A DNA stretch of 64,000 bases from NCBI GenBank assembly GCA_963665115.1, contig OY762007.1, positions 8,160,001 to 8,224,000 on the forward strand, in the 5' to 3' direction. Shown here one piece after another: positions 45,090 through 55,711 of the stretch. The notes under the pieces were generated by a model, which made no database searches, had not been told where the DNA came from, and was given only the letters and a program-made list of their open reading frames with translations. Position 1 is the stretch's first letter, and every line of letters begins with the position of its first letter. The position numbers were made by a program, and so were the translations under genes. The stretch is from an uncultured Rivularia sp. (GTDB lineage Bacteria > Cyanobacteriota > Cyanobacteriia > Cyanobacteriales > Nostocaceae).

Positions 45090-45336
45090 GTGACGCACAT
45101 ACATCAAATTCAAGATTATGGTGTAGGCTTCTCGGCGACTCCTCCATAAGGACATTTACCGAGCTTTGAAGCCCTACGCTAAGCGGGACTTTTGATCGGA
45201 TTGTTTTTTATTTGTAGGCTGCATTTCTGCATTTAATTGGACTACACCCACATTTTAAATAGTACCATAAATCCCGGCTCGGCTTTCATTTCACAGCTTA
45301 CACGAAGTGTAAGCGGGAGACTTCTCGCCGAGATTG
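45090..45336 (-). mobile_element. Protein-less IS200/IS605-derived miniature element
   Basis: Minus strand: left-end hairpin gcttacac-ttc-gtgtaagc (45296-45314) and a TGnTACTAT -10 box; right end GAAG + imperfect hairpin + terminal TCAC (45090-45093). Confidence 0.65.
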
Positions 45337-45402
45337 TTAAAAAGAATTACACTTATCTAAGCGCGTGAAAACCCTTATGAGATTAGTTTTTTTAGAGTAA
45401 TC

Positions 45403-45783
45403 ATGAATCTACTTGACAATTTAAAAGCAATAGATGACAAACTTTCTCAACGACATATTGATTTAGATCCTGCCGGATATTTTATTATTTACATCGACTC
45501 AGAACAAGGATTAATTTTTGCTAAACATTTTACTAACATAATTGACGAGCGAGGTTTAGCCGTCGATCCGGAAACGGGAAAGGTGATTCCCGCAAAAGGA
45601 AAAGTAGAACGAACCCATACAACGGTATATTCTGGCAGAACCGCGAAAGAATTATCTGTAAAAATTTTGGAAGAAACTCAACCCTGCCCGATAACCATGT
45701 TCGATCATGCTGCTTATCTAGGTAGAGAATTTCTCCGAGCCGAGATTGCTTTGGCGACAGGGAAAGAGTACGTGCAGGATTAG
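45403..45783 (+). CDS. DUF4346 domain protein
   Basis: LDPAGYFIIY, GRTAKEL, DHAAYLGRE..RAE.AL..G..YVQD. Confidence 0.8.
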   Translation: MNLLDNLKAIDDKLSQRHIDLDPAGYFIIYIDSEQGLIFAKHFTNIIDERGLAVDPETGKVIPAKGKVERTHTTVYSGRTAKELSVKILEETQPCPITMFDHAAYLGREFLRAEIALATGKEYVQD

Positions 45784-45908
45784 GATTTGGGTAATTGGAG
45801 AGAGGGGGTAGAGGGGGAGACAAAAAAATAATTATCAATTTATTACTCCCTACTCCCTACTCTATACTTGCTACTCACTCCTAACTCCTAACTCCTCACT
45901 CCTCACTC

Positions 45909-46650
45909 CTAACTTTCTTTACCTTCAGATGATGGTTGGAAAACTAAATAGATATAGTATGTTGCCATCGGAATTACGGTAGCAGCAATTAATAATCCTA
46001 TTATCCAAGCTGTAGCATTTTCTTGGTCGGTGTCTTCAGCTTTGGTAAATGTTCCTTCCACTTGTACTTCGTTGTTGACTTCTGGTGGGGCCGGGATCTG
46101 GTTCGCCAGAAAGTACGGTAACGAGACGTTCTTGTGCATCTAAAAAGGCTTGATTGTACTTATTGCCGTTCCGTAATGGGACTAAAACGGTTTCTGATGC
46201 TACGCTTTCGGCTATATCATCAGACATTATAGATTTGACTTTATCCCCCGTAACGATGGCGGTGCCATTAGTTACGGAGTCAATCGTTAATAAAGTTTGA
46301 TTTGCTTGTGCTTCTTTGGTAGGAAACCATTTTTCAAATAGGGCTTTAGTAAAACTTTCGGGAGTTTCTCCATAATCTAAACGACGAACAGTAACTATTC
46401 GGACTTCGTTTCCTGTTTGAAGAGCCAATTCATCGAAGGCAGTACTAATTTTACCTTCATTAAAACGGCTGATTAAATCTGCTTCATCTACAATCCAAGT
46501 ATCTGAAGTCAGGTTTGGTATGTTATAAACACCCGTAGCTAAAGCGGGTATCGAAAACATTGAAGAAACGAATATCATCATCGCTAGCGACAAAATCAGC
46601 TTAGCGATATACTTTTTGCAACCCAAGAAGTGGTTGAGAAGCTGTTTCAT
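45909..46650 (-). CDS. psb32: TPM-domain thylakoid protein (Psb32/TLP18.3-like); apparent frameshift at ~46088
   Basis: PALA signal, WIVDEADLIS, VTVRRLDYGET, NKYNQAFLDA..RL..VLSGEPDPGP, C-terminal TM LLIAATVIPMATY. Confidence 0.82.
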
Positions 46651-47085
46651 AGCAAGAAACCACCATACGACTTTTCACCAAAAATACTACATAAGTACGA
46701 TCAAAGTCTCGTTTTTGGCAAGGTTTTCTATATAAAAGTGCCGATAGATATTGATATAAGTAAGAATTTTGGGATAAAACGGAATGATTCTATTTATCAA
46801 TAAGGGAATGGGGAATAATTAAAAACCTGTTTTATGCACTAATTATTAAAGGGGCAATTAAGGTTCGTAGTGAGGACTAAAGTCGAAACGAAAACCTGTT
46901 AGAATTAATGGGAAATAAATTATACTATAAAATGCTTCTTAAATAGTTTTAGGACTTACGCGATCGGATATTTAAAATCGCTGTAATTCCCTATTCCCTG
47001 TTCCCTATAGCCTGAAACCTTAATTTTTGGTTTCACTGCTTAAGTCTTAAGTTTTAGAAATTATTAAAATTAAAAAATCTATCAT

Positions 47086-47571
47086 ATGAATCACTTGATC
47101 GCGGTTTATCCTAACAGAGTAGAAGCTTTATCCGCTCGCACTGCTCTAGAAAAAGAAAGTTTACCCAGCGAACAAATTAGTATTTTAGGTGAGGGTTTCA
47201 AAAGTACCGATGAATACGGACTAATTAAACCCGAACGAGAAGCAAAAAATAACGCGCAAAGTCTCGCTTACTGGCTTGTGCCGATCGGGTTTGCTTGTGG
47301 TTATGCTTTTAATTGGTTAGCGAATATCAAAATAATTCCCGTAGATGGTGTTCTTAATCAAGTTATTGGAGGCTTGTTGGGAGCCGCTTTTTGTCTATTA
47401 TTTGCTTTTGCTGCTGACAATAGCTCTGAGCTTAGTGCTAGTAACGAAGATGCTTGGCTTTATCGCGATCGCCTAAATGCTGGTAAGTATCTAATTGTTT
47501 TTCACGGTACCGATGAATTAGTGAAAAAAGCCATTAATACGCTGCATTATTTTGAGGTTAAAGATATATAG
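47086..47571 (+). CDS. Hypothetical membrane protein (general-stress-protein-like)
   Basis: LIAVYP.R.EA..A..AL, two TM segments, YRDRLNAGKYLIV. Confidence 0.7.
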   Translation: MNHLIAVYPNRVEALSARTALEKESLPSEQISILGEGFKSTDEYGLIKPEREAKNNAQSLAYWLVPIGFACGYAFNWLANIKIIPVDGVLNQVIGGLLGAAFCLLFAFAADNSSELSASNEDAWLYRDRLNAGKYLIVFHGTDELVKKAINTLHYFEVKDI

Positions 47572-47650
47572 GGAGTAGAAAGTTGGGAGTAGAAAGTTGG
47601 GAGTAGGGAGTAGGGAGTAGAAAGTTGGGAGTAGAAAGTAGAGAGTTGGG
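47570..47650. repeat. STRR array (GGGAGTA/GAAAGTT heptamers)
   Basis: Visible tandem repeats between convergent genes. Confidence 0.8.
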
Positions 47651-47696
47651 AAGAGATTTGTGGTTTCATTTACCACTTGTGACGGTGGAATTTAAT

Positions 47697-48470
47697 TCAA
47701 GCAAATAACCTGAATCTGGCTAGAACATTTTCAATCGTCTGCGGCAAAATATTTTTTAATTCCCTATCATCTTTAAATTGCATTATTTGAGTTGCAGTTA
47801 AATCGAAGGGAAATTGTCCATTCATATCCTGACGCTGCATTTGTGAAATTAATATCTGCTCCGAGCGCTTACTTTGAATAGCGTAACCGAGTTCAATACA
47901 AGTATTAGCACTGGGAACGAGCAAAGGTTTTTCCTTACCGCTATCAATACTGGCGATCGGTGTAGCATCCGCAATAAATAACAAGCTCCTGCGAATCTTT
48001 CGCATCATGCTGCTTCCTAATCTCATCGGTGCATCTTTCGGACGAATTGACTCAATTAACTTTAACGGCAGTCGCGATCGCAAATTCAATTTATCCAAAG
48101 TATCGAGCAATCCCTCCCGCAGAGAATCGCTCGCTTCGGGAAATTCATTTTGATAACTTAAAAAAATCGTTGGCTCTAGCTGCGCTAATAAAGCCTGTTT
48201 GGTAAAATAAATCTCATGGCTAATTAAATCAATGTTGGCCACACAATAGCCACCACTACCTTCAACATAAAATTCTATCTCATCCCCTTCCAGATAACGC
48301 CTAAACCAAGTTGAATTTTTGACTTCCTCGCTGTCTTCCAAAAAATCTGCTCTCAAAGCCGACTTTAACAGACTTTTTTTACTGATACGAATGTCTGGCT
48401 CACGTTTTTCCAACTCTGGAATCGGCTCATACTTTTCGATATACCAAGCTCTTAGAGCAATAATCGACAT
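47697..48470 (-). CDS. Hypothetical protein with TIR/nucleoside-deoxyribosyltransferase-like C-terminal domain
   Basis: TIFLSY...KIRRSLLFIADATP...SANTCIELGYA. Confidence 0.65.
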   Translation of the reverse strand: MSIIALRAWYIEKYEPIPELEKREPDIRISKKSLLKSALRADFLEDSEEVKNSTWFRRYLEGDEIEFYVEGSGGYCVANIDLISHEIYFTKQALLAQLEPTIFLSYQNEFPEASDSLREGLLDTLDKLNLRSRLPLKLIESIRPKDAPMRLGSSMMRKIRRSLLFIADATPIASIDSGKEKPLLVPSANTCIELGYAIQSKRSEQILISQMQRQDMNGQFPFDLTATQIMQFKDDRELKNILPQTIENVLARFRLFA

Positions 48471-48813
48471 AACTAAAAGCTATTTGTTTAAATTTAACTA
48501 AGTATTTCTAATATTTAACTTCGTACAAGCTTACACCGAAGTGTAGCCCTTAAGACAGCATCCACACGAATATCATCCGAATCTCATATAAATATCAACA
48601 TTCAGACAAAATTACACTTACCAACAGTTACTTAAACTTTCATTAATTAACGACTTCAGATAGTTGTAGCAACTTTAGAATATTGATATTCCCCTACACT
48701 CCAATTTTATCTCCATCACAACATTATAGTACTATTGTACCACATAAGAAGAGATAAATTACCGAAAAATATTAATTGATAATTGGTAATTGGTAATTGA
48801 TAACTGGTAACTG

Positions 48814-49683
48814 TTAATCTTCCGCGTCCAAAATTTTCTTGGCTTCTAAGATACGCTGCTTATGTTCTTCGGTTACAGTAGGATACTCTAGCTTCAATTC
48901 TTTTAATTTAGAACAGATAATATCAGCTACAGCCATGCGAGTAAACCATTTATGGTCGGCAGGAATAATGTTCCAGGGTGCCCATTCAGTGCTAGTGTGG
49001 CGAAAAGCATCTTCGTAAACATTCATATAATCGTCCCAAAAATTACGTTCTCGGATATCACTTGCTGAGAACTTCCAGTTTTTTTCAGGTGTTTCAATGC
49101 GCTTCATAAAGCGTTTTTTCTGTTCTTTTTTTGACACATTAAGAAAAAACTTGAGAACAACAATTCCATTATTGACGAGATATTTTTCAAAATTATTAAT
49201 CTCTTCAAAACGCTGCTTCCAAATATGATCTCCTTTTAGGGATACAGGTAATTGTTGTTTTTCAATAAGCTCTGGATGCACCCGCGTTACCAAAACTTCT
49301 TCATAATAAGAACGGTTGAAAATACCAATTCTTCCTCTTTCGGGTAAAGCTTTAAAACTTCGCCATAAATAACCATGATCTAATTCTTCTGAGGAAGGTT
49401 GTTTAAAACTAAATACCTGGCACCCTTGAGGATTTATGCCAGACATAACGTGTTTAATCGTACTATCTTTACCAGCAGCATCCATTGCTTGAAAAATAAC
49501 TAGCAAAGCATAAGTATTCTGAGCATAAAGAATATCTTGGTATTTCGCCAATCGTTCAATATCCTTTTGCAGTTTGATTTTTGCATCGCCTTTTTCATCA
49601 TAATCAGCCGTAAAAGTAGTATCGTAATCTTTCTTCAGAGAAATTTTTGCTCCAGGTTTAACAATAAAAGCATCGCGATCCAT
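48814..49683 (-). CDS. ppk2: Polyphosphate kinase 2 family protein
   Basis: QAMDAAGKD, FK.PS..EL.H.YLWR, IFNRSYYEEVL, KNWKFS..D. Confidence 0.92.
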   Translation of the reverse strand: MDRDAFIVKPGAKISLKKDYDTTFTADYDEKGDAKIKLQKDIERLAKYQDILYAQNTYALLVIFQAMDAAGKDSTIKHVMSGINPQGCQVFSFKQPSSEELDHGYLWRSFKALPERGRIGIFNRSYYEEVLVTRVHPELIEKQQLPVSLKGDHIWKQRFEEINNFEKYLVNNGIVVLKFFLNVSKKEQKKRFMKRIETPEKNWKFSASDIRERNFWDDYMNVYEDAFRHTSTEWAPWNIIPADHKWFTRMAVADIICSKLKELKLEYPTVTEEHKQRILEAKKILDAED

Positions 49684-49827
49684 AATTAACTATCCATAAA
49701 AGCTTACAAACTTCTACAGTAATAAGTATTTATCCTCAATTAGCAATCAAGTAAGATAAAGCAACAAAAGTTTTTATTTTGATAATTGGTAATTGGTAAT
49801 TGCTAACTCCTAACCTTTAATCTTAAT

Positions 49828-50316
49828 TTACCAGTCATCATCATCAAAGTTTGGCTTATTGACAGGGCGCATAGCTTCTCTACCTAAGAGAAACATTCCA
49901 GCGACTCCTAAGCAAACAAACCAAATATACTCGCCCCAAAATGTGCCAATTTGTTGAGAGGGACTCATTTCAGGATGTAGAGTAGTGAAAAAAAGAGCCA
50001 AAACAAGAATCATTAACGAACTAAATCCAACACAGGTTAAACCAATCCGAATCCGAACAGGACGTAATTCCCAATCGTTAATTTGACTTAGGTCTATTTC
50101 TGCTAATTCTTCTAAAGAATCTTCCGCAATATCGGAAGCATCTAGTAAATTTTCGCTTAACTTTGGCGGTAAAATTGGTACTAATGCGGCAACAGTTGGA
50201 CGACGCAGTAAAGCTTCGGTATTTCGCAATATTTCTAAAGGCTTGCGAGATTCTGGCTCGGCAAATTCTAATTTTTCTGTAGTTTTTTCAACCGGGACTT
50301 CGCGCTCAAAATCCAT
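49828..50316 (-). CDS. Hypothetical membrane protein
   Basis: Two C-terminal TM segments; GAGG RBS. Confidence 0.7.
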   Translation of the reverse strand: MDFEREVPVEKTTEKLEFAEPESRKPLEILRNTEALLRRPTVAALVPILPPKLSENLLDASDIAEDSLEELAEIDLSQINDWELRPVRIRIGLTCVGFSSLMILVLALFFTTLHPEMSPSQQIGTFWGEYIWFVCLGVAGMFLLGREAMRPVNKPNFDDDDW

Positions 50317-50549
50317 ATTTCTGCCTCGTTGAAATATCGCCTTTCTATTTCTATTTTTAACTTATTTTGCTAAGAATTGTCGGGATGAATGTAATACAAA
50401 GGTCAGAGGTTAAAGGTCAAAGGTTAAAGGTTATTTTAGACTTTAGGTTCTGAATTTGTAATACATATAAATAATGTAGAGACGTTGCAGTGCAACGTCT
50501 CCCTATATTTCGATTTGTATCGACCAAATATCGAACGGATATTTATATA

Positions 50550-51107
50550 TTAAGAAGAAACAGTTTCTTGTAGATCTTTGAGTCGTGCCATTACGTCTTG
50601 AGAATGAACGATTGGATTAACTTTGACAAAAGTTTCTCGTAAAATTCCATCTGGATCGATAATAAAACTATGACGGCTAGAAATAAAGCTCATCCAAGAA
50701 CCGTAATCTTTACTTACAGCACCTGTTGTATCGGCTAATAAAGGAAATTTTAAGCCTTCAGAATCGCAAAATTCAGCGTGAGAATCAATATCGTCGGCGC
50801 TGACACCAATAATTTCGGTATTTCGTTCTAAGTATTTTGGCAAATCTTCTTGGAAACGACGGGCTTCTATAGTGCAACCAGCAGTGAAATCCTTGGGATA
50901 AAAATAAAGCACTACCCATTTACCTCGATAGTCGGAAAGGGAAATTTCGCCATCTCCAGTATTAGTCGGTAAAGTAAATTCTGGTGCAGGTTCATTGACA
51001 GAGGGTAGCGTACCACCCATTGCATTCGCAGCGGGGGCAAAATTCAACCATCCTAAGAATACAAAACAACTGGCAAATAATATATTGAGAAAATTGCGGC
51101 GATTCAT
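50550..51107 (-). CDS. Peroxiredoxin Q/BCP with Tat-like signal
   Basis: MNRRNFL signal; VVLYFYPKDFTAGCTIEA. Confidence 0.92.
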   Translation of the reverse strand: MNRRNFLNILFASCFVFLGWLNFAPAANAMGGTLPSVNEPAPEFTLPTNTGDGEISLSDYRGKWVVLYFYPKDFTAGCTIEARRFQEDLPKYLERNTEIIGVSADDIDSHAEFCDSEGLKFPLLADTTGAVSKDYGSWMSFISSRHSFIIDPDGILRETFVKVNPIVHSQDVMARLKDLQETVSS

Positions 51108-51303
51108 GTTGATGCAGAGTACGAATAACTACTTTATATAAGTTTACAATCACTCGTACAGTAGATACATTTAGATTTAATAGTTAATAAAGATAAAGGC
51201 TCGTAGTAGCGCTTCAGCGTATCCGGATTCCGGAATATGAGGCGCTAAAGCGCAACTACGAACGAACCTTATTTGACTCAGAGTCTTCACCCGATTTTTC
51301 TAC

Positions 51304-51531
51304 TTAAGTGTGAGTTTCTACCGATTCTATATACTGACTATCAAGGAGAAACGACCCTTTAGCGAAGCGGATGCCCCAGTACCCTCCGGGACGACGGTCA
51401 ATAACGATACCTTCTTCACCTATGTGGATAAGATCGGGAGGGCGCAACATGGGCATAGGTTCGGCGGTTTTGATGTAAGGTGGTAGCGCTATCACGCGGA
51501 CTTTACTACCAATAGCGAATTCTTCAGACAT
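51304..51531 (-). CDS. sipA: SipA (NblS-interacting, DUF3148) protein
   Basis: PPYIKTAEPMPMLRPPD..GEEG...RRP..YW..RF..G.FL.D. Confidence 0.85.
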   Translation of the reverse strand: MSEEFAIGSKVRVIALPPYIKTAEPMPMLRPPDLIHIGEEGIVIDRRPGGYWGIRFAKGSFLLDSQYIESVETHT

Positions 51532-51649
51532 AGTAGGGAGTTGGGAATTTATTACTTATTAGTTTAAATCTAACGTTTTATCCTGTCTCAAATCTCCAAG
51601 ATTTCGGTAATCTAGTACGGGGAAAGTAATAGAAACAATAAAATTATTT

Positions 51650-51982
51650 TTGATTATGCTCTCAGATAGCTTGTATCTTGTATACGCATTGCTCGCTGTT
51701 ATTTTAGTTTTTGGCGGTGCGATCGCCTTTTTACGTTTTTTGTTCGCGACAATTTATGCTAAGGGAAATTCTAAAGATACGGTGCTTTTAGATTTGATGG
51801 AACAAGCGGGTATTCCTAACTGGCAGATTTTACAGCAAAAATCGGGTGTAAGTAGTACCGTAGTTTGGTTGTTGCGCGACGGGCAGGGGGCTGCGGTGAA
51901 ATTGAGTGAATTAGAGGATGTTGCAAAAGCTCTTGTGCTGCCTTTGGGAATTTTTTTGAAAAAGTTAGATTTGGTTGAGTAG
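51650..51982 (+). CDS. Membrane-anchored protein with Cro/C1-like HTH
   Basis: N-terminal TM, then LM..AGI..W..L..KSGVS....LLR.G....KL..L..VA.AL. Confidence 0.55.
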   Translation: MIMLSDSLYLVYALLAVILVFGGAIAFLRFLFATIYAKGNSKDTVLLDLMEQAGIPNWQILQQKSGVSSTVVWLLRDGQGAAVKLSELEDVAKALVLPLGIFLKKLDLVE

Positions 51983-52129
51983 ATTGAATGACAGGGGGTA
52001 GAGGGGGGTAGAATTTCTAACTCTTAATTCTTAATTGTGGAGACGTAGCACTGCTACGTCTCTACATTGTTAACTGATAACTGTTAACTGTTTTTAGGGA
52101 AAGCTGGTATTAGTTGATTATCAAAAGCT

Positions 52130-53683
52130 ATGCCAGAGAATCCCCAAGAGCCGCGAGAATATGATGTTGTGCTGGGTGGTGAAAATCCACCTTTACCTGA
52201 TAGTGCGGTTTTGGGTGGGATTGAAGGTGTTAAGCGTCGTTTTGCTAGTAAAGTTGTTGAGGTTAGGGTTGCGGCGCTTGTAGATGCTTTGAATTATGGC
52301 GATGCTGGTTTGGATTTGGTTATAGAAGGTTTGCAAGATGATTCGACGCAGGTAAAAGATAAAGCTGTTGAGTTGTTAAGCCATAGAGAAGAAACTAAAG
52401 TAAAACTGGCGCTGTTAACATATCTGATAAAAACCCAAACTAATAATGCTAATGCTTATAACGAACGTGGTTTAATACGACAACATTTGGGAGATTTGCA
52501 AGGTGCAATTTATGATTTTTCTCAAGCTATATTAAAGTTTGAGGATACAATTTTTTTTTATAATAGAGGATTCTGTTATCAACAGTTAGGAAATATAAAA
52601 GAAGCAATTGTAAATTATTCTAAAGCAATTGAAATTGATGAAGAATATGCCGATGCTTATTTCTATCGAGGAATTTGTTTCCAATCTCTAGAAAATTATA
52701 AAACAGCTATTTCTGATTACTGGAACACAATTAAAATTAATCATAATTCAACACTTGCTTATTATAAAATTGGGATTTGCTATCATGAATTAAACCAATA
52801 TCAATATGCTATTAACTATTATTCTGCGGCAATAAAAAGAAACCCAACATATCCTCATTCTTACATGGGACGAGCGCAGACAAATACAACTTTAGCAAAT
52901 TATCAAGAAGCAATTGAAGATTATACCTTTATCATTGGAGTTAATTATTATAGTCAAACCTTAAAAGCACTAGCTTATAACTATCGCGGCGCAATTTACG
53001 ATACTTTAGAAAATTATCAGCAGGCAATTGCCGACGCAAACCAAGCCATTGAACTCAAACACAAGAATTTAGAATGGACTTACGAAAACAGAGGAATATC
53101 TAAATATAAACTCGATGATATTGAAGGTGCGTTAGCCGATTTCAATCAAGCAATTGCAATTAATCCTAATTATTATCGTGCTTATAACAGCCGGGGATTT
53201 GTAAAAAGCGCGATGGGAAATCATCAAGAAGCAATTATGGATTTTAATCGAGCAATTGCTCTCAACTCTAATTATCTTGATGCTTATATCAATCGTGCGG
53301 TTAGTCGTACTAAGCTAAAAGATTTTATCGGGGGTATTGCCGACTTCTCGCAAATAATCACCTTAAATCCTCCATCGCCGGAAATTTATTACTATAACCG
53401 GGGAGTTTGTCATTTATCGCGAAAAGATTATATCAACGCAATTAAAGATTTTAGTCAAACTGTAAAAATAAATTCTAGTTATTTTAATGCTTACTACAAT
53501 CGCGGCTGCTGCTATTTTGAATTGAAAGATTATCCAGATGCAATAAATGATTTTAGCTCAGTAATTCAAATTAATCCTCAATATGCTCAAGCTTATAGTG
53601 GTAGAGGAAGCGCTTACATAAAATTAGGAGAAGTTACGAAGGGTGAATTTGATTTTCAAAAAGTTAAAGAATTGCAAGGGTAA
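52130..53683 (+). CDS. TPR repeat protein
   Basis: P.EYDVVLGG..AVLGGIEGVKRR N-terminal module (HEAT-like) followed by many AY.NRG TPR units. Confidence 0.88.
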   Translation: MPENPQEPREYDVVLGGENPPLPDSAVLGGIEGVKRRFASKVVEVRVAALVDALNYGDAGLDLVIEGLQDDSTQVKDKAVELLSHREETKVKLALLTYLIKTQTNNANAYNERGLIRQHLGDLQGAIYDFSQAILKFEDTIFFYNRGFCYQQLGNIKEAIVNYSKAIEIDEEYADAYFYRGICFQSLENYKTAISDYWNTIKINHNSTLAYYKIGICYHELNQYQYAINYYSAAIKRNPTYPHSYMGRAQTNTTLANYQEAIEDYTFIIGVNYYSQTLKALAYNYRGAIYDTLENYQQAIADANQAIELKHKNLEWTYENRGISKYKLDDIEGALADFNQAIAINPNYYRAYNSRGFVKSAMGNHQEAIMDFNRAIALNSNYLDAYINRAVSRTKLKDFIGGIADFSQIITLNPPSPEIYYYNRGVCHLSRKDYINAIKDFSQTVKINSSYFNAYYNRGCCYFELKDYPDAINDFSSVIQINPQYAQAYSGRGSAYIKLGEVTKGEFDFQKVKELQG

Positions 53684-53918
53684 AACAACTTTCAATTCCT
53701 CACTCCTCACTTTTAATACCTTTCTTACTTTTATTACTTTTATTGCTTTTTTATTTTAGTTTTTAATTACCCGAGGTGGTTTCTATAAAGTTAGTAAAAA
53801 AGATTTAATTCATGGTAATTTAAAAAATACATTCAAAACTGTAGTATCTCAAACCAAAGCTAAAATTTTAATTCAAATAATTCAAACATAGCCTTTATTA
53901 AGTAGTGTATTGTGTTCT

Positions 53919-55689
53919 ATGAAGATGTCATATAAAACTAAAGAAAACCCTAAACCTTCTCAAGCTGAGCGTTACTCACTACAGAATCAGAAAATTATTG
54001 CTCCACCACTGGATAATGAGTTTTACGCCCAGAGTTATGAGTTAAGGAAAGCAGCTTCGACGATGACAGTCGCTGCGATTGAGTGGTTCCGCAATAATCT
54101 AAAGGTATTGCTGGAAGGAAGTTATTCAGGCTCGCACAAAGACGATACTTTGTCGGTACTCAGTATCGGCAGTGGCGAAGGTGATATCGATATCGAAATC
54201 ATACACAGCCTGCTCCCCAGCCTTAATCCACGGTGGAAGAAGTTACGATATGTAGCACTTGAACCCAATCCTATTCATCGCGATCGCTTTCTAAAACGGC
54301 TTGACAAAGCATCCTTTGACGAGAATGTAGAAGTATCCGTGAGTGAAGACTGTTTTGAACCCGGTAGGTTTGAAAGCGAAGAAAAGTACGATTTGGTTAT
54401 GTTAACTCACGTTTTGTACTACTTTAAGGAGCCGTATCAAGCGATTCAAACTGCCCTGAGTCAGACTAAGGAAAGCGGGCAAGTCGTTATTGTTCATCAG
54501 ACAGCTACAGGTATACCTCAAATCCAGCGAGAGCATATGCTTGAAGCAAAAGGAGACGAAAACGAGATGTTCGCGGCAGAGGACATTAAAAATTTACTTG
54601 ATACAAAATCCCATCAGCATCAGTATCACCATGTAGATGCTCGCCTAGATGTAACAGAATGCCTCCAGCGCTTGGAAGCTGGTGTCAAAATAATGTCCTT
54701 TTGTATGGAATGCGATTTGCGCCAGCTACAGGAAGCAAAATTTGCCAAGATTCTCCAGGCTTTTTGGAGATTGGCTGAGATTGAGGACACAGGGAAAGCA
54801 TATATGCAAGAAACCGATCGGGGTTTTTGTATTGCCAGCAACTCCCAATTCCACCATTGTAGGAAGAAGTACACAAGACAAAGATCCGGTGGATGATTAT
54901 TGGCAGCTTGCACAGCGTTTCGATTGGTCAAGCACATTCTTGTCACAATATCAACAAGCCAAAGGTTCATCTCTGAGATTATTAGATGTTGCCTGTGGTA
55001 CGGGGCGCTGGTTGGAAGCTTTTCGTCACTACATCCAACTTGACGAAGGAATTAAGGACATTGCTTACGATTGCTTAGATCCTAGTGCAAGTTCAATTTG
55101 TCAAGCAAGTCAGAAAATTCATCCTCCCTTCAAGCAAGGTACTCAGTATGTTAATACAATTCAAGGAGCCAAGCTAGAAAGCAATTCTTACGATCTATTA
55201 TGGTCGATGCACGGCTTTTATATGGTTCCACCCCAGAATTTAGCAGTTGTATTGAAAAAGTGCGTCAATTCGCTTAATGATACCGGAGTTGGATTTATTG
55301 CTTTAGCTACTCGTAAATCTTTTTACGTCGATTTTTACGAGCAATACCTGCAAATTTTTAAAGAAGGAAAAGGTGAACGATTTACCGCCGCTGAAGATAT
55401 CTTAGAAAGTCTCCGTGAGTGTGGTATTCAGCATCAAGTGCATAGGATTTTCTATGAAGAAGCCATAAATACTGAGGATTCTGAAGGTTTAGAGCATTAC
55501 ATTAAGAATGAGGCGACAATCAACTGCTTTAACAAAGATAAGGAAGTAGAGCCATTATCTGCATCCAAAAATATTACCTTGGAAGAGTTGCTTTCTAATC
55601 CGAAGATGAAAGCATATCTAAAATCATTGATTAGAAACTCAGTGTATTATTTTCCTGAAGAGATTTTGCTGATTTCGTTTCATCGGTAA
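53919..55689 (+). CDS. Tandem class I SAM methyltransferase (HNMT-like domain + second MTase); apparent frameshift at ~54812
   Basis: Motif I VLSIGSGEG and LLDVACGTG; YDLVMLTHVLYY and YDLLWSMHGFY; the two ORFs fuse if one A is removed from AAA 54811-54813. Confidence 0.8.
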
Positions 55690-55711
55690 GTTAAAAGTCG
55701 AGCATAGCATT

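Noticed and set aside
48529..48547. Hairpin gcttacaccgaagtgtagc resembling the left end of the 45 kb mini-element
   Set aside because: Isolated 19-bp similarity with no second end; not enough to call an element
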